NCBI RefSeq assembly: GCF_964204645.1
Contig: NC_134027.1
Span: 5,798,485 to 5,862,484 of the forward strand
Source of the DNA: Tubulanus polymorphus
Taxonomy: Eukaryota > Animalia > Nemertea
Reading direction: 5' to 3'
Length of the DNA stretch: 64,000 nt
Position 1 is the stretch's first letter. Each line of letters begins with the position of its first letter. A program made the position numbers and the translations under genes. The notes below the pieces were generated by a model. It saw only the letters and a program-made list of their open reading frames with translations. It searched no databases and was not told where the DNA came from. Shown here piece after piece: positions 24,750 through 41,059 of this stretch.

Positions 24750-27700
24750 GTAAACACGATCTTGCTTTAACCGGTGTTGCTTTAACCGGCGTCTGCTAAA
24801 CCGATGTACAATGGTTCTTGTTTTTAATCAAAACTACGGCTTTTGTACGAACTGCGAAAGGTCCCGCTTCCGAAAATGTAAAAACACAGCGTTGAAGCAT
24901 GGTTTTGAAAAAGCTTTCTTCACAATCAAAATACTACCGATGTCGTAACGTGTTTAGAACTTGATCTTTCGAACTGTAGCAATTCTACAAATATAGGTAT
25001 ATATACATACACGTGGTTTAATTTTGAAGCTCTGGGATTCAACTAGACATAACCCTTAGGATTTTTTTCAATTCCCCGACCGAGTCCTTCTTTATTCATT
25101 GTCTGAATTTAATCTTCCTTTGTAAAAATTTGTAACTTGCAAGACTGTCGAAAAGAAATGAAAGCCAAGTTATAGCATTCATTGAACAATTCGTTAACGA
25201 GGCCGATATTTGATGTTTCTCTATCACCGTTTAATGTTATACCAGTAAATAATTCCATTGCGTCATACGGGGTGACACTATTTCCTGGTACCTATTTACC
25301 CCATCAGTGATACGGGAGCGTGCGTGACTTATGCTGTGTTTTTCAAACCGGTGGATCGATTGCAATCTATAATAATCTGTCACGGAACAACACCTTTTTT
25401 GATCTGAGAAACGATTCTGATTTTTTAAGCGTAGAGCTGATGGAAAAGTCGCTCATAGTTTATATAGATCAATAGGGGTTGATTTAGTATATAAAGGAAG
25501 CGAAATTATTTTTATGCAACGCTTCAAGAAATGTATAAATCTCAACCAAAACTTCTTTTCGTCTTCTGACAGAGGTTAACTGACTCACTTCACATTTTAC
25601 CTACTAATCAGATTTTTTCCCGAATAAATGGGCTAAATCGAGGAAGTATCTGTCAGTTAAATCGGTCGGGGGTCAATAAGAGCTGGTCATTCGGTGGATA
25701 TACCTGGGGTAATCAACCACCGAAGGTGATAGCGGATTATATGTAATTAGTGTAATCGCCGGACTTCTACTGAGCCACATCCAGCGCGTTCAAAGTCTGT
25801 TATTAGAGCACCGAATTAAACTTTGTTGGAAACCAGAATATTCTGACTGCAGTGAATGCGAATCAGGCTTTCTTGTCATATTTCACCGGAGTAAGTTGGA
25901 TAACCATAACCACCTGGTAATTACATTAATTCTGAGACGTTAACACATCGAATGTCGAAGCGTCTGCTTCATTGATTACCCTTTGAATCTAACATGGCCG
26001 CTCGCGAAAGGTGTCTTCTGTCAGGTCATGTGACTGCCGTTTGGGTTTTGACAGCTGCCTTGGCGCCGTGGCCCGAGGTCGCAAATTCGAGAGACGCAAA
26101 GTGCTCGTACATTCGCTCAGATCGATTTCATGCGAGAATGCAGTTAGTCGTCCATCTAAACGCGAGTTTTATCCCAGTCACCTGGTTATAAATGACACCG
26201 AACCAATCTTCAGCTCACGCCAATTAGAGAAGAAGATAGCTAATCTGTAGATACTTGCATCTTTGAACGAATATCCTGTAGAATATGAATGAAATATTTA
26301 ACGTAAAAGTTATGTTTAGTATTAGCTTGGTTTAGTTTCGTCAGTGTCAAAACCTGCAGTCTTTTTTACACATACAGTGATACATGTATATCACTTATTG
26401 GAACTAACTAAATAGTTTTAAAGAAAGCGTGAATGCGAGTGCGTTTGTACTTTGCTCATAATTCTGTTGACATAATAAATTATTTCTGTGCGATATCTAT
26501 GATTCAAGAGGCATATATCTATATGTAGAAACTTTTTCTCTTTTTAATTTCCCCATAACATATGCGGCGGTATACCATATCGCTGTGTCTCAGTTGGAAT
26601 CTAATTTTTTTTTTTATTGGAAACGAATCTACCTTGCCACCTGAAGTTAACCGACTATCCGATTACCGATACAAGAATGTCTTGGAAAGAAGTAGGAATT
26701 TCGACGCACAGTTCGCGTTCGACATTTTAATCGTTAAATCTCCGCGAGCAGCCGAGAAGCGGCGCTCAGTTGGTCGCGCTACGGGTGGGTAGAGTGGGCT
26801 GTTGAAGCTACCGCGAAGTTTCGTTGTGAGTAAAGCGACTATTGCTCAAAATCCATGATAAGCGAACTGTTGGCGGTCGAAATTAATTTCATCCCACCGT
26901 AGCTGCAGTAGATATTTTCATAACAAGAGGCAATGATTTTATGTGAACAACGATATACAATACGTACTTACAAGCTAAACTAAAATTCACGTGTATAAGT
27001 ACGTAAAGGCTCCATTTCTTGAATTTTTGAAATCAAAAGAAATCAGTTTTCAACATTGTCAAATAGTAAATATCCAAGAATCAAATATCCATATGAACTA
27101 TTTTTGCTTGGCTTAGATGCATTCATATATTTCGATTATGATTTATCAACAGCAATGGAAGGCGTTTATCCAGTTAAATTTCTATTTTTCTGTATATGTG
27201 GTATCAGCTATAATTGTTTAATATCTCTTTCTGTTAGAGGTATAGCTTCGTAAACTTGTTAGTGTATTCTAAGTCAATATATCAATAGAATAAGACTTTG
27301 TAACCGCTTTACTGAGTTCTAGCCTGGAGCCCAGGGAGGCAATACTCACAAAACAAACGCTATGTACAATAACAAGTTAACGCAGCATCTCACCACTTTG
27401 CCATAGTGCGAATGGCGTCGTCTTAACGACATATACGAATCGGTTTACTAGAAAAACTAACTTAATGTTTGTTCAGAATACAAAACTTTTTCTCGGTGGA
27501 TAACCAATTTTCTACACCTGATCGTGCGCTGAGTTCTACACTAACAAATAAACTGACTATTAGTATTGTTTATTAGCCGGCAGGTGAGAACCAGAAGGAA
27601 TGACGTCACTTCCTCTTGATCTTTTCTCTAGAGCGGGGTGCGTGAAGATGGTGCGAAATTTTATCCGGCAATGTAACTTTTCTCATATCTACGATCTTGG

Positions 27701-30700
27701 GAAAATATTTGGCTGCCGCGACATACAAGAAGTTCGCTGTCGACTTATCTCTTTCGAATTTCATCAAGTGAATAGTTAAAGCAAAGAATAACAGATACAA
27801 ACTAACGCTGCATTCAGTCTGGTTCGCTTGCGCTGTATTGCAGCGACGAAAAAACAACAAACCAAAGAATAAATTGAGCTGTCAATCAATATGATTGGCA
27901 TATATCTCAATAAAAGCGGGATTACTCGGTGATCGGTGATTAACTCGCTTGGCCATGATTAATCGGGTTGTCCGACAGAAAAACAAATCGACCGAGCCAA
28001 TGTATCCGAATACGATAAACCGTGTCCAATCGTGTCCACAGATATGCGTAAAAACTATAAAGGGGTTCAAAATACCCCCTGAATCTGGGAGTAATGGATG
28101 ACTCCGCAGGATGAAGAAATATTTCTTCATTTTCTACTTGCCTCCCAAGTTTATTTACCGGTAGCGGACGTGCACACCGTTCTTCATATCCGGTCAAAAA
28201 TGTGCGAATCCTGGAGCGCTCTATCTGAACATCAGAGCGAAAGATAATATATGAAATATCTTCGAAATCAAGGCGAGGAAGCTGAATTATGAAATATAAT
28301 ACACCACCTCACGACTCATCGTGAAATCATTTCTATAACGTTCGAATAGAAAACTTGAACTTCGTGTGTGGTGCGCCGAAAAACCGCGTGATACAATTTG
28401 GGAACTAATTTGATAATTCGTGAAAAATGATTTCCAAATATTGCGCGTTGCGGTTATTTTCGTTATTCCCATGAAATCTAATCCTTCCAAACGACCCACT
28501 CTGACACGTAAAACCTATTGTATATTATATCCTCAAATTTGTCAGGATGTTTTCATCGAAGTAAAAGATATATAAACAGATACATTGGAATTCAGAATTA
28601 GTTTATAATAAAGTAGGCTATAGATGATTCGGGAACCATACGACGACAACAATTGAAGATTTCATAAATAATTAAGTGCATACACGGTTTGTGCTGTCGT
28701 AAGTGACACTATATGAAGATTATTGAAGCCGTTATGGGGCCCGTGATTCTGTGAATAGGATACAAAATTGTTACAAGGAAATCCATTATTAACTGATCGA
28801 CATAGTTAATGAAAAGAATTTCATTGGTTTCGGCTGGCTATATTTCGATTTGCCACCGTTTCCCTTTCTCCTTGTCACGTTCAGCAATTTGCGTTCGTTG
28901 TGGAAAAACGGCTACCCGCCACCGGCGCTTTCCAATATCATATGAATTGAGATATTTCAATTCAGTCGTATTATTGAACATGGAAAATGAGCAATTGTGA
29001 TGTACTTCACGCGTGTCTTACGTAAGATATATGGGCGCACCGTGAATTTTCGGTGCGGGTGGTCCAAACCGAACATTTTTGACCACACGCCCAGGATTGA
29101 TTCAATGCGGCATTGTTACGACCGAAATATGAATGTCAGAAAACCTTTCAAACATTTTTGCAAAATTCAATTTATCTGATTTCATACTTTTTTGGAGGAT
29201 GTTAAGATCGGCATCGGATAAGTTCATTCTATTTCAGAATAGATGTCAAACAGATTATCGAATTCAAACGTTATTAATTTTCAAAATGGCAAATGTGTCT
29301 TCGATTCGAGATATAATGTCACACCGAGTAAGTTTGAAGTCAATTAAAATTGACACTTCGCTTTTGTGATTTCGAAACTCGATCCGTCGCAGAACTCCGA
29401 TTTAGTTGCTTGTAAAGAGAATTTTTAGTTTTAATCCTTTATGAAAACATAACCAAGGGAAGTCTCGGCGCTGTTTAATGCATACGTAATATTTCTATTT
29501 GTGGAAACGATCTGAGCCTGACGAGCGAGCGCGAATACACTATCTACCTCACCCCTCGCGCAAATTCAGAAAATTAGCTCCGAATAGAAATTTGAAAATT
29601 ATTATTATTCGGTCGGCTGATTTTGAAATCTATGCAGCCTCGCGCGCACGTCCTCTTTTCACTCATCGAATCTCAAATTGATGACTAAATCTTTTTGCAA
29701 CGCCTGACCACAAATGACTAAACTCGAATGCGACGAAACCGAATCATCAGTCTTCAGAGACTTTCAGCGTAACGAATTCATTTCCTCGGCTCCGGGTCTG
29801 TTGACAGCCTTCTGTCTTGGCGGATGGTCTCTGTCATGGTGATTTTTTGCTTCGCTAACCGGCATTGTCGTCATCTTTTTGTCCGAGAAGTCACGATATC
29901 GCTGCTGATGCTTGGTTATTTTTTACGCCGTATCGATGTTTATTTTAACCGAAGAAATGGCAAACTCGCCGAGCGAAACGGTCCTCGTTCGATGAAAATC
30001 TTTTTTTCCATTATTCGTGAGCACTGATTTATGAATATAAAAACAATCCAGTCGAATGCTTCCCGATTCAGAACGATGACCCAATCTACGATTCATGTCT
30101 TAATCTTCTTCCTCAGAAGAAAGCTTATCATTTTTCGATCTCTCTGGTGAAAAAGGCGAATTCAAATTTGCTTGTCGATTATAGGCGATTCGACATGACA
30201 TTTACATTGATTTTTTTTTTCACGGAATTAACCGACCTAAATTTGTTGTTTTAACATCAAATCCTAATCCATTTATCTATTTCAAATAATGAATTCGATT
30301 CAGCTTTTCAGTGACCCGATCAAACGACTGGATTTATCGATAAGATGCTTTTTGTATTCTGAATTCAAAACCCTTCATTATCAATATGAACACAGACTTT
30401 ACTGTAGAGTATGGCCCAACAAGTATGTATATATGTATCCATAAAATCGATACTAAAACCAGAAGCATAAATTTACAAAATGTAACTACTTTGGTCAGTT
30501 GGAAACAGCAGCTGAAAATGTACATAGTCAGATATTAACAGTCAAGGTATTTGAATATGATAATATTTTCAATTATTCGAATGGGATATTTACATTTTGG
30601 ATGGGCTATAAATTACGAGTATCTAAACAGCTAGGACGGAACTGATCGCGAGAGTGTGTCCTGCGGGTTGTTCGGACTTTTATTAGACCACCACACTTCA

Positions 30701-33700
30701 GCTACTTCCTGTTTGCCGGGCAATAAACTTATTCATCACAACATTCATTTTACGACCGGTATTAATATGTATATAAGTCAATTTAGTACTAAACCTTTAA
30801 AGACCGATATCATCTGTGGATACAAATTCCACGTGTTTCGGATGGTAGTTAGATATCTAAAATAACTTTTAGTTAGTTTCATCAAATTATGAAGATAATT
30901 ATCTTTTCCTCTATGTAAATTATCGATTCTAATTTAAGTATATGTTCTCTATACTTATTGAATAGCTGTAAACAGTGCCTTTCATATATTCAGATTTTAT
31001 TGCAGTCAGAAATCATTTTCTTTCATGCATAGAATTCTATCTAAAATGACATACAACTGGGGCTTGATTGTTCGCAGCGTGCGTCTGAAATTTGATGACT
31101 GTTGTAAATTAAAGAGTAGCCGAAGGGTGGCCGAAAAAGTCGGAACTTGTGTCGGAACTGGAAATCTACCGGCCAAATGCTGGGTTCGCTGTAATGGCTG
31201 CTATATTAATTAATCTTTGGAAGTTTTAATGAACACCATAAAACAATGTTAAAGCCATTAACGTCCAGGTCGAATAGGCACAATGGCAAGGCAGAACGTT
31301 AAATTCTGTTGCAATCGATGATGGATAATGTCATGATTAATAAACTTCCTGGGCACGGAAGAGCCTCCGAGCTGGCAGTCGTGTTTCGCCTTGCTGGCAC
31401 GCAGTCGGCTCCGTACGTCGAGTCGTGCCCGCGCATAATACACCTTACGGTTAACAATCAAACCGTGGGAAGTTCAAAATGAACCGTGTAGACAATAAAA
31501 CTTCCAAACATGCGGCCGTCAGACAATAGACGGAAAAAATAAACACGAATTAACACGGAATTTCATCTTGACAGCAGCGCGAAATCCATTTCAGACGTCA
31601 CACACCGTATTTTTCACTTTTCGTTTTATCCGAAAAGTATTTTCCTTCGGATATTCTGTCGGATATTTTGACACATTTTCTCGCCACTTGATGTATTTAT
31701 GTACATGTATATATGCGTACTTTAACGAAAGTTGATCCAGCGTCACACCTCGGGTCGCAAAGATCTCGATCGTTGTTTTCTTGCGGCATATGACACCGGT
31801 TTAGATGAGATAACCCAGACGTGAAATATCGTCCATCGCTTGATGGAGATAACCGACATTTCTCACATCCGGGTTATCTACGGTCAGAGAACGCGCGTCA
31901 TGCTGGGAAATTCGGTCAAGAAAAGGTATATATGGAAGTGCCTCCAATGTTTTTCGACATATTTGCAAAACACACGATTCACACTGACGGAAAAACGTCA
32001 TATTCTCCTGACTACTAATATGTATTCACCTGATGTTGAGATGACTGCTCGTAGCTTATTCCGACAAGTTTTGACAAATTCCGTTAAAAATGAGAACTTT
32101 CTTAGTTAATTCATCTAAACCAGAATCAGATCTGGACGGAAATCGTATTCAAAAAATGTTGCTTTTTGTTAATCCCATTAATCCCAGAATGAAATATATA
32201 TCCATTTTCAGTTGCCCTACCGAAACGTAGTCACATAGAATGATGACCAAGACCGTCTCGGACGGCGAACTGGAATATTCTAGTAAGTCTAATCTAACTA
32301 CCCACGGTTAAATAGCTCAGTGCCTGAGATAATAACTATATGCCTATTACTGAAGTCGGTGGTTATTATTTGAGAAAACTGCCATCGTCATCTTGACAAA
32401 ACGACTTTAAATTATGATGTTTACAGTCATAATACTTATCTAGCCGGAGTGCCTTATTTCTGCACGAATGTCGAATTGCGTTTCTAGTAGTCTTAGTAAG
32501 CAAAATTAACACACACGCGCGTCAATACATTAACTTTCTATTACGGTCTTTATAAGACACCGTGGCTAAACAAAAATTCAGATTTGAATAATATTTTGGT
32601 TGACACCGTGAAAGTTGTGATTCACAACATGAACGACGTCGGCGTGCTAGACACGGCCATTATAACAGTATAAATTAAGTGAAATCGACAATGTCAATCA
32701 AACTGTCGAGATGTCGTATAGCGGTGGAAGAGTATTGATACCGATTCGATTCAGCTCACTGAGAATCAGCCGTTCTCTTTAAATATTCATTACGTGCCAT
32801 ATTTGAATATCGCGCACATCATGCGCCGAACCGATTTTGAGATATACTCGCGTCTATGATTTACTTCGGCCTTTCAATTTTATCCGGTTCTGAAAAAAGG
32901 CCTTTTTAAAAATGTCCCGAAGAACAATTCTTTTATGGTCGTAAATAGTGGAATCGTCGACTGCCTTAAGCGTTGTTATTATAGCTCAATAGACTGCGCA
33001 TAAGGTTCGTCATCACGAAACGGGAAACCATTTTAAAAGATAATGCAATTAAAATTTTGCCGGGTAAAAATGTCCCGAAGCTGAGTTTTTTTTTCGCGCG
33101 TGACAAGGATTTTTTGCAGACATAGGTTTCTGCACAATACATAAATTCAAATATTGATATTTACCAGAAAACATTAAATGTGCCTTGAATATTCTCCTAA
33201 TGAAATATCACCAAAAAACTTCAAAAGAGGAAATATTCAAAAATATTCCTTAAGTGAAAATCGAAACGTAAAATGATTAAAAAAAGAAAACAGGATTTTT
33301 GAACGTTCAAAATGTTTCTGTTGAATGTCATAGCCTAATGTTGCATAAACAATCGACTGTTAATATGAATTCTATTAGTTTTGCTTTGTTCAGAAAAATA
33401 TGTTTGTTTGCTGGTTCTTATTGTTCCCTTGTCAGTTATGGATGACGTTTTCTCGAAGCGAACATGGCGCGATCGTCATCGCTTTCAATCAGCACAACCA
33501 CCGAAACGATAATCAAATCTAAATTGCTCGGGAAACTGGTCTGACAAGAAGAGACGGATTGTACACGGTCCGTACTTTGGTCTCCAAATTGAGCCTAATT
33601 GCGGCCATGACAGCCGGCGCACGCAAACGCCTTCCTGTGTCTATTGTCCGGCTTATGGAGCGTTACAGTCCGTCGGCTGAATGAAATTCCTGTAAATTCT

Positions 33701-36700
33701 GAAATCAGAAACCGAGGATTGAAAACCGCGATTGAATTCGGCGACGTAACATGCAGTACGGCAGCGGTAGTGAATTGCTGCAAGAATCAATTAAAAGCCT
33801 CCGAAACATCGTAAAAATTCGATTTAGCGCGTCGGTTAATACAAGGCTATGCGATTCAGTTTCAATGTGTTTATTCACGATGATTGTGCGTAACCGGAAT
33901 TTTATTTTTCAAATATTCGTCTAATCTATAAACCAACATGCACAATACGCCATATTCGTCATTCATTCGGTGCGCGCCATCATCCCGGCCCGTGTTTTTG
34001 TGTCCACGTATAAAAGCGTCCAGATTTTTAATTTCACAAATATGGATGTCGTCCAATTTACAATCGCTATCGTGTTGTTTAAAATTTAATGGAATTCGTG
34101 CTGTTAGCCATCGTCGCCTCTTTATGCGCCGTTTCCTCTATTGGAATGGTACATTGTCAAAGATGAAAGATCCGTTAAGTACGAGTCGATTTTTGTGCAT
34201 TCGCTCTTCACACGCTTTCAACATAAACGGAAGAAGTTCTGAATTTTTACGCCCTTTATATTGAAAAATCCGAATCAATCATCTTTTTACTTATGACACG
34301 GTCATTGTTTCCGATAGTTGATTAAATTATTCTTTTGGATTTCTACTCACGAAAACATCGATTTATATTTTAACGATTACGTATTTTCAGCAGGTAAAAG
34401 TACCAAATGAATCGGCCTAATCAAGACTTGATAGCAGATGAATAGATATCCTAGATTATGTATGCCAATTATCAAGGTTGCATTATACATTCGCGCTCGT
34501 CTCTCTATAAGTAATTCTTGCTTTTTTCATCGAAAGAAAATTAGCAACATTTTCCATGATTAACATTTGACTTTTCCCCGGAGGACGTGGGTTTTGTTAC
34601 AAGATGAAGTGCTCGGGAAAACACGTTCAAATAACACCACAGTGGAAGTGAATCCAACTTCGAAAAAAATTCTTAAGCGCTGCTAAAACTATTTTTGCCG
34701 GTTTCTACAGCGAAAAATTTCGCATAGCTGCACACAGTGACTCTGCGAATGTCGGTCAATGCGCAACTTCCTGGCCACGGTACGGTTCGGAATTCGGTCC
34801 ACGTCCAATGAAAACACGACCGACCTGCCGAACGTTGGACTAAAATAACATCAGATAGGAAACCAAACGCGAAAAACGTTATGTTACCAGTTCAGAGTAT
34901 TATATTTCAAAAAATGTTCTACAGATTTTGGCAGAAGCGTCGCCCCATTATGAAGAAGAAGACTCGGCAAAAAACCACAATCTCAAAATCATGTTTTTTG
35001 CTATGGAAGTAGCGAAAGAAAGATATCTAACGCTTAATTTTCAAGCCAATTTCACCATTAAAAAGGATGCGAAACCAGGCTAGCATTTCATTGAATTCGA
35101 TTCATCTGATTGATATAGCAACTAAAAAAGTAAAGTATATCTCCTGAAAAAGGCAAAAACATGAGATTTTCACGACGGAGATGTTCTGGTTTTTTTTTTC
35201 AATAATCTGCCTTGAATAAATAATTCCGCCTATCCCATCATTTATGAACCCTCCTTCCTTTGGGACCAGCCCTGCGTCAAGTGATGAATCAACCGATTTC
35301 TTTAAATTAATCCCAAGCAGTTCGCAATTTATTCTCGGAAACTCGTCAACCGATTTGATGAAACGCAAATCCGAAACTTATCGGACGACAAAACTATAAT
35401 TTTCTATCTCGCGTTGTAGAACCTAAAAATCAATCTTAGCTTTGTGGAATCGACGACAGGGCTACAGCCCCCGAGTTATGATACGGTAAGAGAAGTAATC
35501 CTCGTATTCACACTCGAACTACGAGAAGTAATCCCTACGTTCACAGACAGAGTAAGCCTCGGATTTGCCTTTCTCACTATTATTATCAATATAATAACCC
35601 TATATATACCGCCATCTCTGACATAGTCATAGAGAATGTACTTGCCATTCCTCTAATTCCATTTTATTGCAAAAACATGGCTTTTCAACTCCACCTTCGA
35701 CTTGTTGATGCTGCGCTAATGGATATTGTACATACTATCTCTAACTTCTGAAGTCGGTTATCTATTTTAGCTGAAATCTCATATTTTCAATCATTATCGT
35801 TCGTTCATCGTAAATTTTTTACTATTCATTGGCAGTGCGTCATATTTCATTTGAACGTGCTACGTTCAATGCGCGGGAAATTAGGAAAATTTCTCGAAAA
35901 TTATTCATTTCCAGCGTGTGACAATGTAATTTCCTGCTTGTTTATTTTGATTAGGCGTTCTTCGTCGGTAGCTTTTGTTCGATTAACATCTTTGGCTCTT
36001 TGTCTTACGTTAGAGGCCAAAGATATATCATTTTATAGTCTTTCGCCACTGTGGTCCAGTTCTAAGGTTCTATTTCTAGATAATTCCAGTTCGGCTATCT
36101 ATTTGTACGGATGATTCGTTTCTGTTTGTCTGTTTATATGTGATATAAAATGAAATGGTTCATAACCACACAATATTAGAAAACGGCATGTTGATAATGA
36201 TATTTTCTTTCAGAGACTTGTTCATTTAAACTGATGCGTCACTATTTTGAGACATAAAGCCTCGTGTGCATGGAATGTGGAAGGTGTGCGAATAATAGCA
36301 TCATTTGACAACTATACAATCGTACTTGGGATCAATGAAAACCGAATAATAAGAGTGGATTTGCTGAGATTACCAGGTTATTCGAATATGATATATGAAT
36401 GTTATTATACTTGATTATGATGACCGTGAACGGACGGTGGACTTCCCTCAGAAACGAAAGTATTAGTCGTATCTGATCACACGGAGATTAAGGCAAAGTT
36501 CAGATTATATTTTAGCTTTTCGAATATTCGTAGTTTTGTTCTTAGTTTCACTTTATAGTTAGTCCGCGTTATTGTCATTCGATTCTGATGGAATAAGTGC
36601 ATGAAAATCCTCAGACGAACACGATTTATTGAAGTCATATTCGTGTTTAGGCTTGAAGTTTCAAATGTAAATTGATAAAATGACTGCACGATGTGGGAAG

Positions 36701-39700
36701 TGTCACCGATACTAATTACTACAAACTCAGAGATCGTTTCATGTTGAGAACGGGTGCGTTCGTGTATTAATTGCAACGCAACATGCGTAACGGACAAATT
36801 CATCATTATATAAACATCAGTCAAAAAATTGAAATAAATAAAAAACCAATTATGAATGTCATTAATGCAGGGACAATTACTAAGATTAATATGGCGGAAG
36901 TGTAGCATTGCAGCGGAACGTTGGGCAAGCGATATAGAGAATACGGTGACGCTTTTAAAATGCAACTTTGCGTGCTTGTTTGACGATTTTGTCGAGGCCA
37001 TAAAACATACGGTGATAGAGTCATTAGAGAGAGAGGTAGAACGAGAGGGAGAGAGATTGGGCCGTTAGGCTGGACAGGTTGAGGTGCATTATCGGGTAGA
37101 GGAAATGAAGCGAATTCAAGCACCGTGACCGACCATTATGAGCGCAAGCACACAAATTAAATCAGTTTGCATGTGACAAGTTGACTGTTGACTTATCATA
37201 ACTCCATCGAACGATAAACCAAATTAATCAGCTGCTGGTCGTTCTTTGATGGGATCACGATTTGAATGGCCAAAAAAGCTTCCATAACGAAAATAAGAAT
37301 ATGTTTCAAAACAAGTGGCTTCACGTATATACAAGACACCTTTCGAAGTAAGTTGAAATTTGAATAATGCACAAAACAATAATCCAGTTCTAGTCATTGC
37401 ACGCAGATTTAAACTCATTTTATGAAGACTTCTTTAGTTTTTAGTTTTTGAACGACATACTGCAGTACTTGGAAATAGGTCACAAGGTTAGGTGTAAGAT
37501 GCAGTGGTCCCCACGCGCTGGCTCCATCTGTAGATAGATACTCATCCATCTGTAGCCTGAATACAGTTAATAGAATTTTGCGAAGAGAATTCACACTTTT
37601 GTGAAGTTAAATCACGGATACTAAAAATATGATCATTTATGTTTATACATCTGCATTTTCATCCTATGGACATGTGTCGAACAGCTTCTATACCCACGGG
37701 TTCGAAATTCCTCTGTCTCGTGATTTCTTGAAGAGAGAGGGTCAAAATGTCAACGTCTTATTACCGTGTATTTTCTTGATTCTCTTATAGATCGAATTCT
37801 CGATAAGTCATACTCGTTAAATAATCATCCTACAAAGTCTCAGCTCACATGAACAAAGAGAAAATACTCGAAACACTGTGATATCATTGATACAAAATAT
37901 ATTTTTATTTTTCATCATATTGCATTTTTAAATAAAACCGTTACATATTTTACAGCTGGTTACGAGTTGCAATATAGAAGCGAATCCTTTTTTTAACAAT
38001 CAAATCATCATTGAACCTTTTCCTTTATCGAATATTTACAAAGAATGCTACAAATCAATATTTTGTATCTGAGATAACCATGAAATTACCCTCAGCAAAC
38101 AACTTGACAGGGATTTTGAAAAAAGCTATTAGATAATAATATTCAAAGGTTTTCACATAAATTATCCGTTTCTCGTAGAGAAGAATGTGAATACTACCCC
38201 AGACGTGAATCATTTTTACGCACAATGAAGTAACCATTTTTTCAATCACAAATCGACAAAATAATCGATCAGTGAACGGCAAATATCACTGGTCGAATTT
38301 TAATCAGGTTTCTGGATGCAAAAACCGCATCAATTCGAAATACCAAAATCGATGCCAACACAGAACGTAACTGTCGTTACGGGGGCTACATGGAAATCGG
38401 CCATGCGCATAACTCGATGGATTACGAATAATCTAGAAGGCATTAGCCCAGAAACAGCCAGTAATATTAGATGATATCATATCTCTCGGAATTGCGCTAA
38501 CGCATATCTGTACATTAAGAGCACCAGTGTTTCTATATCTTATGGTAATTTGTATTATAATAAGATTTTTAACGATGTGAATATCTGTTCTTTTTCTTAC
38601 AATATGATCATACCAAAACCCATATATTTACTTTTTCAAATTTTCAATGCAGTATATGAGTAATGACACCAGATCATCAAGAACACTCTGAATATTATTA
38701 TACGTCTTACTGGTTTAAAGATCACAATGGATGTTATTTTGATACAATATAAAAAAAGTAATTACCATGCAATCAAATAATTAGCATAATGGTATTCGTA
38801 ATTATCGTGGTTTTTCTATGGTTATTAACTTATTTTCAACAGTATGTACGTCTTGCTTATGGATAAGATCCAATTGAATTAAAACCACGAGTCAGGACGT
38901 CTTGATTAAACTGTTTCGTGCACCGAAGAATCCAAGGTTTGAGATAATTCTGTGACCGCCGTTTGTCTGAGGTTGTCAATCTTTCGTCATCGATCTATAA
39001 TATGTCTGAGTCAAATGTTCCGAAAAATGATGAAAATGATCAAAAACACAAATCTATTGATTCGCAATAGCCCGCAGTCACTAGTCTGAGATGAAATCAC
39101 TATTAACACCAAAATCGATCTTTCGCAACACAATTACCAGACACAAAATCAAGAAGATCGAATCTTATATAAGCGGCGTAAAAAGATAGCCAGTTCTTTT
39201 ATCATTCGTTACAAACTAAAATTCTTTTTCAAAAAACAGCTTCCCATCCATTCATCGCAATCATTGAGGTTAATTACCAAACTTCAAATGTCAAGTTCCG
39301 GTGACCGGAAATACCCATTGTTTATTCGCGCGAATGGAACGTGTCATTGTAGGTGTGACGTTAAGCGGTAGGTAAACTGTTAAACAATTGATTTGGCTAA
39401 TTTCTGATGTTTAAACAGGCGGACCGAGCACCTGCCATGCGAGCGTTAGATGGCTGATGCCACCTTTTGGCCGCCATTAAGTAATTACGACATCAATTAT
39501 CCACTTGTAATATGTTGCGGCAATGAGACTGCAAACATGGGAACAATCACTACTAGAATCCGCGTCTCTCATAGTCAGAGATTAGTGGTCTCGTTAAAAA
39601 CCGATTGCATACCATCTACAAGAATCAAGATCCTCTCACCATGGACGTATTACTAGAGTTTATACGTCAATGTTCTCATGTAGGCGTACGGTTTTAACAA

Positions 39701-40841
39701 AACATTTCCCCCCACCCGAGAGTACATGAGAGTCCCACACATTGTGAGAAAATTCGAATAATCTTTCATAACAATATAGAGAAACTATCTAAGAATTGTT
39801 TTCGAAGTTTTGCATTCGAGAACGTACGTGATAAGCTCATTTGTAAACTATAATTATTAGAATTGCATGTAATTGGGATCTATTCAAATTGAAAACTTGT
39901 TGACTAAGAAAAACGGCGGTGTAAAATGCAGAATGGATCACACGGAGTTCGTTTCAAATTATGAATATGTACCTGGTTGTATGAAAATAAAATAACACGT
40001 GCTAAAAACTTGTTCTTTCACATTTGATACGCGATCAGCTGAAATCCGATTTATTGCACTGACTGGCAAATATTTAGAACGAGCTCATTATAAAGTTACG
40101 CGAATCATAATCTCACTTCACAAGATACCGAAATGAACTGGATGGAAACCTATATCAAACTCGTACAAAGTGCGACCGGTCGTAACCTCGGGTGCCGGTA
40201 GCTTTCTATGACAAGAAGAAGGCACATTTGTGATCAAAGAAAACCCCTTTCAATCGAGAAATAATGCGGATAATTTGCCGAGAAATATCTTATTAATATT
40301 ACGATTAACGACGAGGCGATATTTGCACATATATAAGCGATCAATGCAAGTGACGATTGTGTTAGCAATAATCGGTGTAAATAGACCGACTCGGGTTGCG
40401 GTTTGGCCGGCTGGAAAAGGCCCCCGAAGGCAGAAAGAATGATTGCTCTCGCCGGCTTCACCTGCGTAGAGTGAATCACCTATTAACCGAAGATGAAGAC
40501 TTCCATCTGTAGCAGCGATACTTCTGCATTGATAGGTTTCAGTCGAATGGTTTCAAGCTGCACCGGCTTTCTTCTATAAGTCTATAGGCATCGATTGCTG
40601 AGAGTAAATTGAGCAGAAATTTCGCGCGTTAAAATATAACCAACCGACTGAACACGGTTTCTTGGACTGTAGCAACGAATCGCTCAATTTACTCAATCAA
40701 AATATCGAATCAGAACAGTCTTTTCTAATCATCGAGAAAATTTTGGCTTCGATAATAGGATGTTTTCGAAATATTTTCAACCGTTATGCAATACCATTTA
40801 GAAATCACGATTGATAGAACACTATATCCGTGTTGACGCGA

Positions 40842-41059
40842 TGTAGAGAGAATCCCAATTGTGGATAATAACAATTATAACGAAAAAGTCCGAAAATGAA
40901 ACTTCGAGATAGTAGTTTATTTCAACGTTTCGACTATATCCTAATAGTCCATTATTCCTAAAGATGACTATTAGGATATAGTCGAAACGTTGAAATGAAC
41001 TACTATCTCGAAGTTTCATTTTCGGACTTTTTCGTTATAATTGGGGGATTCTCTCTACA
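40842..41059. repeat. Long inverted repeat (78-bp arms, 16-bp spacer) with outer 15-bp arms
   Basis: 40872-40949 is the reverse complement of 40966-41043 with one mismatch; 40842-40856 pairs with 41045-41059; ACCATTTAGAAAT is directly repeated at 40793 and 41059. Confidence 0.92.

Noticed and set aside
26755-26820. tRNA A-box/D-arm-like GCGCTCAGTTGGTCGCGC
   Set aside because: No B box, T arm or acceptor stem.
36477-37123. Overlapping 174-aa and 100-aa ORFs
   Set aside because: No motif, no convincing splice context, composition typical of chance ORFs.
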